NCBI RefSeq assembly: GCF_009914755.1
Contig: NC_060925.1
Reading direction: 5' to 3' (one strand)
Origin: the human T2T-CHM13v2.0 reference genome, Homo sapiens
Length of the DNA stretch: 64,000 nucleotides
Part shown: positions 1 to 12,920 of the stretch, piece after piece
Layout of the letters: each line of letters starts with the position of its first letter
Position numbering within the stretch: position 1 is the stretch's first letter
Program-made: the position numbers and the translations under genes
Notes under the pieces: model-generated
What the model saw: the letters and a program-made list of their open reading frames with translations, nothing else
Database searches by the model: none
Told to the model about the DNA's origin: nothing

Positions 1-1630
1 GGGACCATAGTGGGTGCTCCTGAACGCACTGGAGCATTTGGGATAAAAGTTATAAGCTCAGTCCTTTAACTCTTAGCTCTGACAACCCGAAATAAATCTC
101 TTACTTCTTAAAGCCAGAAGATAGTGCTTGACAATCAAATACAAAATTAACTGTGCAGAATGCTAAATTCCAACATCCATTGAATTTACAGTCTTGCCAA
201 GTTTCTCATGGAAAGTTAGGCCCTTAGGAAACTATTTCTCATGGGAAAGAATGGGATCCTGAGACTTGGAATGGGAGCATCTGATTGGACCACATGAAAC
301 CCAGACCTTGAATTCCAAGTCACTCTGAGCATCCCTTGACAGTGGAAGCTGCTTTCCTCTGCTTGTAAACCTTGTGATAACCTCACCTCTAAATGAGATG
401 CTTGCTCACCTCAAGATCCACCACAACCACCCCCTGTTGCCTCTGGACCCATAGCTATGATGAAGTCTCAGCATACTCCAAAGAGACAGGTGCAAACTAT
501 GACCTGGGAGGAAATAGTTCACACAACAAAAGCAAGACTTTGCTGGCATATATTGAAGAAAACCTGGAAAACATAGAGAATGAGTGGATTCTATGGGTAT
601 AAGACCAAGGAGAAAATATACCAAGATCAGGCCAAATTTATTGATATGTAAGCACTTACCAGCGATTCCAGATTTAATGTCTGCAAGTGAAGGTAGGTCT
701 AGCAATTTTCTTGGTTGGTTGGTTTCTTGAAAGTTATATTTAACAGTGACTACATTTGAGATGCTACAGCTTCCTGGGATGGTGTAGAGAGGGAATCCAA
801 AGGCTTAGAGATATAGGAGTGTTGGGCATGGTTTATCATGTGCAATCTACACACCCACCCCCAAACTATGTTCTATGAGAACACCCAGAAGAAACAAGAA
901 ACCCAAGGGATTCTTGCAAAGCTTTCTGGTTGCTCCTTTTTCAGCTAAGTATGATCTTGAGTGAAAGCTGCTATTGAGGTGGGCTCACCAATCCCAGTGG
1001 GGATGGTGGGGTACTAGAGGAGCAGAGGCCAAGGAACACTCAGCTGCCACAAACAAGGTGGGAGCATCTACTGAAAAGGACAACAGGGAGTTACAGGCCC
1101 TCAGAATGCCTTGTCCTGTAGGGATCTTTGGTAGTGATCATGGTGTCACTGGGAAAGAAATAGATAAGCAGCCTGCCAGAATATTTCTTGGTCTAACTGA
1201 AAACAAACAAAAAGCCCCAGGTTGACAGTCATCAGCCTGGATGGATTCGCAGACATAGATGCCCTTGAGAGAAGGGAGGCTCAGCTCCTTTAAGGACAGC
1301 CTCTGTGCCATGCCTGCAAGTACACACCATCGATCTTCCTCCAAGCCTTCTCCTAAGGGATCCATGGCCATTTATTTGAGTGAATGTGCACTGGGAAAGG
1401 GAATTCATTTTGGGGATTACTTGACATTGAGTTTGAATTGACGCTGATTCCTGGGGACTCCAGATGCCACTGTAGTCCACCACTCAATGTAGGAATGCAC
1501 AGTGGTTGGTGACAGGTGGAGTTCAAGCCATTCACAGTGGGTATGACCAGTCCCTCACCCATGCTTCTCAAGTCCCTTCACCCTGGCCTCACCTTTATAA
1601 ATAGTCCATTTATGAAGCTCTCCTCAGAGG
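1..1630 (+). mobile_element. Ancient ERVL (class III, HERVL/HERV16-like) internal fragment with degraded gag and protease, followed by a short LTR 3'-like remnant
   Basis: Manual translation gives ERVL-type gag motifs GKEWDPETWNG (from 243), EWILWV (582-599), DQAKFIDM*ALTSDSRFNV and EGIQRLRDIG, with many stops and frameshifts. Confidence 0.8.
1385..1495 (+). pseudogene. ERVL aspartic protease relic
   Basis: From 1411 it reads WGLLDIEFELTLIPGDSRCHCSPPLNVG, resembling the ERVL protease core (GLLDTGSELTLIPGD..HCGPP). The catalytic DTG has decayed to DIE. Confidence 0.75.
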
Positions 1631-2215
1631 CAGCTGGAGCCATAAACTGGTAGGAATGCTTCAATGATAATTTCGAATGAATTTTTGGAGGCTGAGTAGA
1701 GACTATTTTGATTGAGAAACTCCTGGAGGCCATAGGAATAAAGAGAAATCACCCTATGTTCCAGCAGGGGGAGGAAAAAGGCTGTTTTCTGTAACAAAAA
1801 CCTCCTCTCGAAAATAACCGTATTACATCTAGGGGAAAAGAAATTTACCTAACTCCAGCCCTCTTTATCCTCCCTGTTTTACCTAACACAGAAAAAAATA
1901 AAAAAAAAGAAGAAGAAGAAACATTTCTGAAGGTCACAGCCCAGGAAAATTATCCCAATAAAAGACCAAGATTTAACCATAACACTCTCCCCACACCCTA
2001 CTCCTGCCACATCGGCAGAGCTCCAGTACAAAACAGTGGATCATAGCTGGAGAGGTGCCAAGACATGGGCCCTATCTAAGGAGGAGTTCTTAAGGAATCT
2101 TAAAGACAACAAAGGAGACAGAAACAAGGATGCTGGGGGAACTGGAGGCCTCTAGCACCTGCAGCTACATCAGGCATTAATCACATGAAACATTACATCT
2201 AACCAGATCAAAATA

Positions 2216-2567
2216 TTGTATTCCCCCCTTATCCTCAGAAAATACATTCCAAGACCCCTGTGGATGCCTGAAACTGCAGATAGTATCAAAGTATATATAT
2301 ACTATATTTTTTCCTATACATACATACCCATGATAAAGTTTAATGAATAAATTAGGCACAATAAAAGATTAACAGCAACAACTAATAATAAAATGGAACG
2401 GTTGTAAAAATATGCTGTAATAAAAGTTTTATGAACGTGGTCTCTCTATCTGTCTCTCTCTCTCTCTAAATATCTTATTGTACTGTACTCACCTATTTTC
2501 AGATCTTGGTTGACCATGGGTAACTGAAACCACAGTGAGCAAAATTTTGAATAAAGAAGTTCTGCTG
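2216..2567 (-). mobile_element. MER44A-like non-autonomous Tigger (Tc1/mariner) DNA transposon
   Basis: About 350 bp with decayed TIRs (..TCCCCCCTTATCC.. / ..ATAAAGAAGTTCTGCTG), TA on both flanks, and an internal sequence matching the recalled MER44A consensus. Confidence 0.8.
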
Positions 2568-5500
2568 TAAAATCTCACACTGAATACTTTTTTTAACCTC
2601 AGTTCCTATTACTCGATACATCATGTCTGGCTTTCAAAAAAAATTATAAGGCGTGTGAAAAGGCAAAAACAAAACAAGAGCCATGGATCTGAAGAGACAA
2701 GACAAGCATCAGAACCAGACTCAGATAAGACACAGATTTTGGAATTATCCGCAAACAGAGAATTTAAAACAACTATCATAAACAACATTAATATGTTAAA
2801 GACCCTAATGGAAAAATAGTCAACATGCAGGAACACATGGGTGCTGTCATCAGATAGATAAAACCTCTAAGAAAGAGTCAAAAGAAAATGCTAAATATTA
2901 AAGGCACTGTGAAAAGAAGGAAGAGTGGCTTTCATAGACTCTTCAGTAGACTGGACACAGCCAAGGAAAGGATTAGAGAACTTGAAGGCAGGCCAACAGA
3001 AACTTTCCAAACAGAAATGGAAACAAGAAAAAATGAACAAAGCAGAACACAGTGTATATAAAACTATTGGATATTTCAAAATGTGTAATGTACATATAAT
3101 TGGAATACCAGAAGGAGAGGGGAGAACAAGACAGAAGAAATATTTGAAGTAATAATGGTCAAGAATTTTCCAAAAGTAATGACTGATCTTTGACAAAGGG
3201 GCAAAGCAATTGGATAGACAAAGGGTAGTCTTTGCAACAAATGGTGCTAGAACAATTGAACATCCATATTTTCAAAAATGAATCTATACACCAATCTTAC
3301 ATGTTTCATAAAAATTAGCTCAAAATGGATCACTGACTTAAATGTAAAACACAAAACTTCTAGAAGAAAACCTAGCTGGCCTTGGATTTAGTGATGAGTT
3401 TTTAGCCAAACACTAGAAGTTTGATCTGCAAAAGAAAAAAAAATGACAAGTTAAACTTTATTAAAATGGAAAATTTCTGCTCTCTGAAAGACAGTTAAAA
3501 AGAATCAGAAGACAAGCCACAGCCTGAGACAATGTATTTGCAAAACACATACCTAATAAAGGGCTTGTATACAAAATACCTCTTAAAATTCAACAACAAG
3601 AAAAATTTCCAATTAAAACATGGGCAAAAGATCTGAATAGATACTTCACCAAAGAAGACAAACAATTGGCAAGTAAGCAGATAAAAATAAGCTCAACATC
3701 ATTCATCATTAGGGATTTGAAAATGAAAACAACGATGAGATACCACTACACACTTATTAGAATGGATAAGCTTTAAAAAACTGACAATATCAAATGCTAG
3801 AGGGAGCAGAGAAGCAGGAACTCGCACTCATTGCTGGTGGGAATGCAAAATGGTGCAGTCACTTTGAAAGACGGCTTTGCAGTTTCTTACAAATCTAAAT
3901 ATAGTCTTACCATATGACCCAGACATAATGCTCCTAGGTATTTACCCAAATGATCTGAAAACTTATATCTACATAAAAATCTGCTTATGAATATTTATAG
4001 TAGTTTTAGTCATAATCATCCCAAACTGGAAACAACCAATATGTCCTTAAATAGGTGAATGAATAAACAAACTGTGATATACATTTCTACAACTGAAATA
4101 TTATCCAGTGATAAAAAAGCTTCTATCAAACCACAACAAGACATGAATAAATCTTAAATGCATGTTGCTAAGTGAAAAAAGTCAGTCTCAAAATGCTACA
4201 TTATACATGATTCAAATTTTATGACATTCTGAAAATGGCAAACTATTGAAAAAGCAAACTACGGTCCAATCATGTGACATTCTGGAAAAAGTAAAACAAT
4301 CAGTGTTTGCCATAGGTTGAAGAGATAAAGGACAGGGGTTGTTCAGGGCAGTGAAACTATTCTGTGTGATACTGCAATAGTGACCACAGGACATTATGCA
4401 TTTGTCAAAATCCATAGAACTTTATAGCACAAAGAATGAATCCTAATGTATGCAAGTTTTTAAAAAGTCATTTAGGTGATCAGAGGATCCCAGGAAAGAA
4501 TGAAAACTATGATAAGGAAATCTAACTGTATCACAATATATGAAACAAGCAAAGGGGATGTGGGGAGGTACTGACCTAAGTAACTTTGGAAATGGTAGTT
4601 TATAAGACTAAAGGCAAAAGAAAGTACATAATCACTGTACTCTAGTTGATAAAGCTGTTTCCCACCAGGATATGGGTTAACAATATATACCTATTGTACC
4701 TGTATACGCTGAAATTAAACAATGAAGTAAATGGGTAGCAGATTGTGGGAGCCAGGTTTCTTACTGTTGGAGTAAGGGTTCACGTATAAGCAAGGGGAAA
4801 AGGCTACAGTGATCCACATGGTAATGAACTAGATTTGGAGACATCGGCATGAGCTCATATTTTGCTTAATAGAGAAAGATATATAATTTGGATACCGGCT
4901 ATAAATATAAAGAAATATTTATAGTTATGTGTATATACATTAGTTAGTATACACACATACATATTCCTGCTTTGTCAGCTGAAAGAGCCTACAAGAAATG
5001 ACACTTCAATAGTAAGAAATATACCTAGTTCCCAGATCTTGGTTTCTTATATCATTCTCCAATAAAAGGAATTAAGGTATAGTGAAGAAATGGCTGATTC
5101 TAGGACTGAGGCAGGAAATATACAAGATGAGCTTAGATCACACTGTAGTGTGAGAAAGTGAGAAAGACAGTAAAATAGAAACAACTCAAAATAAAATCCA
5201 CATTGATGGAAGTATGACAAAGGGGCACCAGTGCCAACTGAAAGAGCTCCCAACAGCCAAAGCTGGAGGAACAAAATGAATAAAGCAGTATTTGTACTGT
5301 AACCCAAAGTACAAAATAAACATCCATGAGTCCAGACTGATATAAATAAATGATTGAATAAAATAATAAGTGGGGAAAAAGAGACAAATCTCCCATGAAG
5401 AAGAATTCCACATGAGGTATGCAGATACTCCACCCTAACAGAAGGGGAGTATTAGTCCCCACTAGTTAAGTGTAGGCTGACATGTGACTTCCTTCCCAAG

Positions 5501-5752
5501 AGTACAGTTAGGAGATGGGAGGAAGGGGAGAGTAATCTTACAGCAGAGAAACCTGATGCACACCATCTTAGCCAGATGATCAAGGTCAACATCAACAGCA
5601 ATAAGTCATATTGATGGCACCTTTGTATGATGTGATGACAATAATGCTTTACCTTTGTGGTCTTCCTCCCAAAACCTATAACCCCAGTCCAATAATGAAA
5701 AAAGCATTAGGCAGAGCCAAATTGAAAGTAGTTCTATAAAATATCTGACCAG

Positions 5753-6132
5753 TGTAAAGTCCTGATAAGTAAGCAACAACAAGAAAGGGGCCCCAGGTTG
5801 GGGAGGACCCGAGGTAGGGGAGAAAATGAACTGTTGTTCTGAGAGATGGCTAATCACAAACTACCCTCAAGCACAACAACCTTGCTCTGCAGGTAACTTC
5901 AGTAGCATGACCTCAATTCTGCATGTAGCCCACTCCAGCATTACCCTATAAAACTCCCTTCCCTCCAGCCCTGCCTCCTTGCAGACAGCCCCTTCTCTGC
6001 TGTGCTACCCATTGCAACCTTGCAACATATTGTCATACTTTCTTAATAAATCTGCTTTTCTTTACCTACAATTGTCTTGGTGAATTCCTCTACCACCCAT
6101 GACACTGGCCCCAGCTAATTGCACCTGTGACA
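5753..6132 (+). mobile_element. Solo LTR (ERV1-like, family unassigned) inserted in the L1 3' UTR
   Basis: TG...CA ends, TATA-like CTATAAAA (~5947) and AATAAA (~6045). The L1 sequence ATCTGACCAG...TACTCCTCAAAACTGTC rejoins across it. Confidence 0.7.
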
Positions 6133-7833
6133 ATCCATACTCCTCAAAACTGTCAAAGTCATCAAAAACAAGGAAAGTCTGAGAAATAATCAGAATCAAA
6201 AGGAGCCCAAGGGGACATGATAGCTAAACATAAGGTAGTGCCCTGCATAGGATCCTGTAACAGAAAAAGGAAATAGGTAAAAACCAAAGGAAGCTGAATA
6301 AAGTATGAACTTCTGTTGATAATAACATGCATATATTGACTCATTACTTTTTAATAAATATACCCTAACAGTATTAGATGTTAGTAATAGGGGAAATCAG
6401 GTGCAAACTATATGGTGATTCTTTGTATTATCCTCTTGATTTTTGGTAAATCTAAAGCTGCTCTAAATCATAAGATCTGTTTTATAAAAGGAAAAATACA
6501 ACAAAAACTTTATATTTTCAACACTCTGAAAACAACTGTGTTTGACATTTCAGCTTCATTGCTTTGAGCATTCTTTCTTTTTGGCTCTTTTGACACAGTT
6601 ATTATTGATCTGTATGTATAATTAAACATGCTGGTGTGTTTTTTTTGTTTTTGCATTTTTAACTCAACATTATGGCATTAGGCAATCGCCATGTTGTCAT
6701 GAGTGTAATCACTGTTTTTATTCACTGTGGAACACTCTGCCAAGTGGATGAGGCTGAGTTTAATTAAATGAATCCCTTCTGTTGGGTTGATTTGGTTGTT
6801 CTCAAATGTTTGCTGTTACAAGTAACCCTAGAGCCCAAAGCTTCTGGGGTGAGATATATGGCAGGCGCCAGACCTCATTTTTTCTCAAAAATACACAATA
6901 AATATGTCACCAATTCACTGAATGGGCAGAATCTGATGGAGCATACATAGGAAATGGCATCAAGTCCTCCAGCCCTGCCTTCAATCAACCCCCGTCTGAT
7001 TCCCCCAAGGACATCGCAGACAGTCGCCTTTGCTTTGCACTCATCTTTACCTGTAACAGAATCTTTTGTTAAGTCTGGTCCACTTACCAGCATTGAAAGG
7101 TCCAGTCAGTTCTAGCCACACACCTGTCCCTTATCCTCAGCTCAGGTCTCACCAGGGTGCAGAGGCACCAGCTAGTAAGGGGTGGGGGAGGTGGGGGTGT
7201 ATGGTCTGCTCATTCCGTCTTCCTACCCTTCTAGGATGCTGGTAGAGGAAGGGAAGCCCTAAAGGAAAAAGGGAAGAGTTTTTGACTTAGCCAGTGCTGT
7301 TTCTGGTCCTTTCCAGGTGTAGAGGACCTAGGGCATGGTGGGTATGCATGCGCCACTCTTTCCTTGTGGCACAGGACAGGCAAATGTATTTATTGGAGGA
7401 GCTGTAACTGAGCCTATGTTATAAAAATCATAAAGTGTTGGTTTTATTTATTTTCCCTTCTCTTTATCCTTTTCTTCCTCCATGCACAATTGCCTGCGTT
7501 TAGTCATTTCGATAGAAGGTAGTCACTAATAATTAACTTCATATCCTGACCACCCCCGGGCTGCCTGCAAGATTAATGAAATTGTTTTTCTTTCAAAGAA
7601 CAATGATCTTTAGGTCATACAGACCTCCTTGATGGCAGCCAGAAGTTTGATGGAATGAGGGACGCAAGCAACTTTGATCATCGGAGATCTCACCTCCTGC
7701 AAACCTACCTTACTCACAGAAGCCCCCAGTTATTTTCAAAGATAGGTCAGATTGAAGAGTTGCCTCTCCTGCCCTCATGCTTTGGCCAAATTAAATAAAA
7801 TTTTCTCTGCTTTTAAGTGCTGATGTGTCAGCG

Positions 7834-8430
7834 TGTTAGAGGCGTTCGAACCACAGCGACTCCGTCTTGAGTGAAGGATAGGAAAAATGAGGCTGGGATT
7901 TGCTTGGCTGCATTCCCAGAAAGTTAGGTAGTCCTAGCCTCTAGATGTTTACAGTTAAGAGAAAAAATTGATATTGTTTACTAAACAGACCAAGACAGGA
8001 GTGTCCTGATAGCCTGATATCTTGAGAACAGAAGCATTCCTAGTTTTGCTTTAAAGATAATAATATCGATTCTTGCAAAATATAGCAATTAAGAAAATTA
8101 ATCCTTTATCACAAACCCTTGTAGCAAAGCACATCTCCCCATGATCTTTTTTATTCTATCATCTATCTATCTATCTAGCTCATCTATCTAGCTAGCTAGC
8201 TCGCTAGCTATCATCTATCTATAAATAAATATTGTACCTAGGGTGGATGCGTTCCTCCTCTTACTTTTGGGGATGCCCTACTCTGTCTATGGAGTAGCTG
8301 TTCTTTCACTACTTTCCTTTCTTGATAAACTTGCTTTTGCTTTTCACTGTAGACTTGCCCCAAATTCTTTCTTGCGTGAGATCGAAGAACCCTCTCTTGG
8401 GGTCTGAATCGGGACTCCTGTCTGGTAACA
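7834..8430 (+). mobile_element. MER41-family solo LTR (ERV1; MER41C/D-like)
   Basis: Starts TGTTAGAGGCGTTCGAACC, ends ..GAACCCTCTCTTGGGGTCTG..GGTAACA. 4-bp TSD AGCG/AGTG. Confidence 0.85.
8155..8222. repeat. Compound (TATC)n/(TAGC)n tetranucleotide microsatellite inside MER41
   Basis: Directly visible repeat. Confidence 0.9.
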
Positions 8431-8615
8431 AGTGTTTTGCTTACTGCACGCTGGGCATTGAAACCTAGCTTCTGGGGTTCTACAGCAGAACTACACAGTT
8501 CCCTGATACAGGCGATGCTCTCTCTAGCTGACCTTTTGTGCCCCACTCCAACCCTAAAGATCCTTCTTGTCAGTGCACCCAACTGCTGGGATCCCCTCCT
8601 CCCAAGAAGAGGCCC

Positions 8616-9031
8616 TGATATGGTTTGGATCTGTGTCCCCACCCAAATCTCATGTTGAATTGTAATCCCCAGTGTTGCAGGTGGGTTCTGGTGGGAGGTG
8701 ATTGGATCATGGGTTGGAATTCTCATGAATGGTTTACTACCATCGTCCTTTGGTACTGTGTAGTGAATGAGTTCTCCCGAGATCTGGTTATTTAAAAGTG
8801 TGTAGCACCTCCATTACCTTTGCTCCTGCTCCCACCAGGTGAGATACCTCGTTCCCCATTAGCTTTGTGCCACGATTGTAAGTTTCCTGAGGCCTCCCCA
8901 GAAGCCAAGCAGATGCCAGCATTATGCTTCCTGTATAGCCTGCAGAACTGTGAGCCAATTAAACCTCTTTTCTTGATAAACTACCCAGTCTCAGGAATTT
9001 CTTTATAGTGCTGTGAGAACAGACTAATACA
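8616..9031 (+). mobile_element. MSTA solo LTR (ERVL-MaLR)
   Basis: TGATATGGTTTGGATCTGTGTCCCCACCCAAATCTCATG...GACTAATACA. 5-bp TSD GGCCC/GTCCC. Confidence 0.9.
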
Positions 9032-9299
9032 GTCCCCCGTTTGATTGCTCAAGGCTCAGCGAAATTCACTGACCTCCATATGGTCCACAGAAAATTCTCC
9101 TCCCTTCACCATGCCCCAGGAACACAAGCTGCCCTACCCTGCCCTCTGTTCCACCCCTGCCCTGGCAGACAGCCCTGGCCAACCTCAAACCAACCTCCAA
9201 CCTTCTGAATTCTCCAGGCCTGTTTGGCACAGTGACTGTGCCTCTCAGTGTCACATGAGAAAACTGAGGCACAGAGAGGTTAAGTTCAACATATAACAG

Positions 9300-10430
9300 A
9301 GAGATTCAATTAAGCCAAAATTCTGTTCTCTGAAAAAAAAATTAAATCATGGAAGGCTAGAATGATTGAACAAAAAGAAAAGGAGCACACAAATAAGCTA
9401 CATAAGCAATGCAAAAGAGACATCACTACAGAAACAATGGAAAATTGTAACTTGTTTGAACAATGTTATGCCAATACATTTGAAATTTTAAATTAGTTAA
9501 ATATAGTCCTAGAAAAATATAACTATTAAAAATGACCCAAAAATAAATGTGAAAGTTCCACATAATTTTATAGCCATGAAATAAATTATATCAACAGTTA
9601 AAAAAAAATCTTCCCACAGATAAAACACTTTTACCCAGGTGGTTTTACAAGTGAGTTCTCTCAAACATTTAAGATAGGGATTATGCAAACATTACCATTT
9701 ATGAGACTAACAAAGCCTTGAGTCTGAAGTCAGACCAAAAATGGAAAATTACCAAGCACACTCACACAAAAATGTAAGTGTAAAAAGCCTTTTAAAAATG
9801 TATAAAGAGAGTTCTAGCCATAAAGAAATAAGAGAATATATTATGACCACTTTTGGTTTCTCCCAGGAATATGATGTTAGTTTAGTATCAAGTATATTAA
9901 TTAATATAATGCATCACATTAGGAGAATTTTTTAAAACATATGATTGTCCTAACAGATCATCCTAATAGAAAATCCGTTCAGTAAAAGTTGACATTCATT
10001 CATGATAAAACCTTAGCAAACTAGGAATGAAAGGAATAAAAGATATTCTTCAAAAAAAAAAAGCCTACAGCAAGCATCCTATTTCATGGTTAAATGTTGA
10101 AAGCTTTCAAGATCAGGAACTAGACAAGGATGGCTGTCACCACCATCACTATTCAATGTGGGAGGTCCTTTAGAAAGCATTTAACCAGAAAAAGAAATGA
10201 AAGGTATACAAATTAGAAAGGAAGAGGCAGAGCTCTCATTATTTGCATATGCTGTGATTGCCTCTTTGGAACCCAAAAGAGTCTACAGATAATGAGAGAG
10301 TTTAACACATTTGCTAGATTCAAAACCAATACACAGAAATAAAGATGCCATTTACACTAGAAAAAATTTACAAAGCTTCTAGGACAAATTATACATCTAA
10401 CAAAAGTTTTGAAGTTCCTTATGCAGGAAA
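9300..10430 (+). mobile_element. Degraded old L1M ORF2 fragment
   Basis: A-rich strand with recognisable ORF2 pieces (GACATCACTACAGA, AAGATCAGGAAC..GACAAGGATG, CTCTCATTATTTGCA). Confidence 0.7.
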
Positions 10431-11791
10431 TTAATATGTGATATGAGCTTGGAACATTATAGCATTTCATTAAATGTGTGTATAGGTTTTTCCCTAATTT
10501 ATACCTGAGGTATTTATGTTTCATCCTGAAGAAACACTACCCGGTTTGTCAGAATAATTTTTGCCTATGGAGTCTTACTGACCCAGTGCTACTTTAAAGA
10601 TGAATATATGAATATTACATTTGCCAAACACTGTCACACTCATTATCTTTTTCCCAAGAGCCCCCAGAAGTGGGTAAAAATATTCTGATTTACACTATAG
10701 CCTGGAGAATGTGGTAAGTTTGGGAGTCAGATTTTGTTCCCAGGTCTGTCCTGTTTCCAAGGCACCTGTACTGCACCTGTTGACTTGGGTTCATTCGCTG
10801 AGTAACTAAAGGGGTCTTTTTTGAGCCTTGTGTCAGAAGCAAGGGGTGAGGCCACAAAACTAGCCTTTGGGGAGCTCCTGTCTACTGGATGATCCAGATC
10901 ATTACGCAATGGGAAAATCCTGTGCTACAGATGATGCTGAGTTCAGGGAGGGAAGCAAGCAGGCTTCTTGGTGGAAGAGGTATTTAATTCCAAGCCTGAA
11001 GGATGAGTCATCCAGGTGAAGAAATTGGAAATGAGCTTGAGGTAGAAAAGACACAAAAAGGCACCCAGGCCAAGGAGACAGTCTGAGTGCCAAGACGTGG
11101 GAGAGAAAGATTTGCCTGCCATGAAACAAATAGCCTGGTTGGGCCAGAATCTAAGGTGTGCAGGAATGAGGGGTGAGAACAGCTCTTGCAGGGTCCTGCA
11201 TGCCAGGCTCCTAAGAGAAAGGAGCAGCTGCCCAAGGGTAAGCAAGGGTGCAACAAAGCTACCCCTGTACTCTGAAAGACAGAAGACACCCTATGGCAGG
11301 GTGACACACGTGGAGATGCTGAAGTCAGCAAGTTGGGTTGGGTCAGAGAGACACTGGTAGGTACCTGGGGTCCCATATTCTACCCATTTGGAGCCCTCAT
11401 GACCACATAAGCCCACTCCCAGGGTCCATCAGGACTCTGGGCAGCAGCCACAGACCCCAGTCTAGCAGCTGAGGGCTTTAGGAAGGGGAGGGGAAGAGGC
11501 TAGGGAGCTCTTGTGATACGAGAGCTGCCAGAGCCAGGGTCTGCATGCCCCAGGACCCTCCCCTATGAACATCTGTCATCTCTGCTTGTTTCTATCTCTT
11601 TCTGCAAAGTGGCCTCAGTTTCTTCCACTGCACCCAGGGCATGCTCCATGAGCACAAAAATGTAGCCCCCACCAGCTATTTCCAACCCAATGATCTCAAA
11701 AGCAATAGGGAGCTTCCCCTAATAGCTACAGAAGAAAATTTCAGGGAGGGAGCCAGATGACTTTTGAGGGGCATTATGTGTAAATGGCTGC

Positions 11792-12159
11792 TGTATTAGT
11801 CTGTTCTCACACTGCCATGATGAAATACCCAAGACTGGGTAATTTACAAAGAAAAGAGATTTAATTGACTCTCAGTTCCACATGGCTGGGGAGGCCTCAG
11901 GAAACTTACAATCATGGCAGAAGGCACCTCTTCACAGGGCAGCAGGAGAGAGAATGAGTGCAAACAGGGGAAATGCCAGACCCTTGTAAAACCATCAGAT
12001 CTCGTGAGACTCAATCACTATCATGAGAACAGCATGGGAGAAACCACCCGCATGATCCAATTACCCCCCACCTAGTCCCGCGGTTGACACTTGAGGATTA
12101 TGGAGATTCTAATTCAAGATGAGATACTGGGTGGGAACCCAGCCAGCCAAACCATATCA
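11792..12159 (-). mobile_element. THE1 solo LTR (THE1C-like, ERVL-MaLR)
   Basis: TGTATTAGTCTGTTCTCAC...CCAAACCATATCA. 5-bp TSD GCTGC/GCAGC. Confidence 0.9.
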
Positions 12160-12389
12160 GCAGCATAGCTGGGAGATCTTACCTCTTCTTTAAAAACAAA
12201 CCATTGCAGGAGTTGGCTGTGTCACCAGGAGCTGTCCAAGAACCTGGCCACAGACGACAATGGACTATTAGGTAAAGAACAGATCCCTTCCATCTTGCCA
12301 CATGCTCCCTGTAGCAAACAGCCACCTGGGACTTACAACTCAGATGCTCCTCAGCCTCCTGTGGCCTCAAACAAGATCTGGCCTGGTAA

Positions 12390-12920
12390 AACCTTCAACT
12401 CAGCAATTCCACATCTAGGTATCAGTACTGGAGAAAAGCTCCCACATGCACCCAATGGAGCATGCACAAGGATGTTTGTTGTAGAATAAGAACGTTTATA
12501 TACAGAACAAAATGGAAACAACCTAAATAGCCATCAGCAGGTAAATAAAAAATGGTGAAAGAAAGGGAGGAAGAGAGCAAGAGGGAGAGGGAAAAAGAAG
12601 AATACAAAAGGAGAGAGAAAGGAAGAAGGGAAGGAGGGTGGGAAGAAAGGCAGGGGAGGGAGGGGAGGGGAGGGGAGGGGAGGGGAGGGAAGGGAAGGGA
12701 GGGGAGGGGAGGGGAGGGAAGGGAGGGGAGGGGAGGGGAGGGGAGGGAAGGGAAGGGAAGGGAGACATCCAAGTCTTCTAATGGGATACACAGCTTCATT
12801 AAAATGAATGAGGTCCCTGTGTATGTACTGATGTAGCAAGATGTGTAGCATATTGTTTAGTGATTAAAAAGCTGGATGCACGAATACATATGATATCTTT
12901 TATCTGTTGAAAAATACACA
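12390..12920 (+). mobile_element. Old L1ME-like 3' fragment split by a polypurine repeat
   Basis: CAGCAATTCCAC..CTAGGTAT, CAAGGATGTT, GGAAACAACCTAAAT, and AAAATGAATGA after the tract. Confidence 0.55.
12552..12765. repeat. GA-rich tract with (GGGGA/GGGAA)n pentanucleotide core
   Basis: Pure purine from 12652 to 12765. Confidence 0.95.

Larger units (their letters stand above)
1630..6500 (+). mobile_element. Old mammalian LINE-1 (L1M, L1MC3-like 3' end), fragmented and internally deleted
   Basis: ORF1-like segment at ~2620-3180 (..IIGIPEGE..), ORF2 C-terminal relic from ~3183 (LIFDKG.., NKWC), then a long 3' UTR. Interrupted by MER44A and a solo LTR. Confidence 0.8.
7417..8487 (+). mobile_element. 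Older solo LTR (~470 bp net, family unassigned) split by a MER41 insertion
   Basis: Starts TGTTATAAAA, has AATAAA at ~7794, and its U5-like sequence resumes after the MER41 at 8435. Confidence 0.55.

Noticed and set aside
5380-6490. Similarity to 63290-64000 as a possible large inverted duplication
   Set aside because: Both are diverged copies of the same old L1MC-type 3' UTR. Identity looks like independent insertions.
12422-12851. Extensin-like (PSPPL)n and RGG-like ORFs
   Set aside because: Translations of the GGGGA/GGGAA microsatellite.
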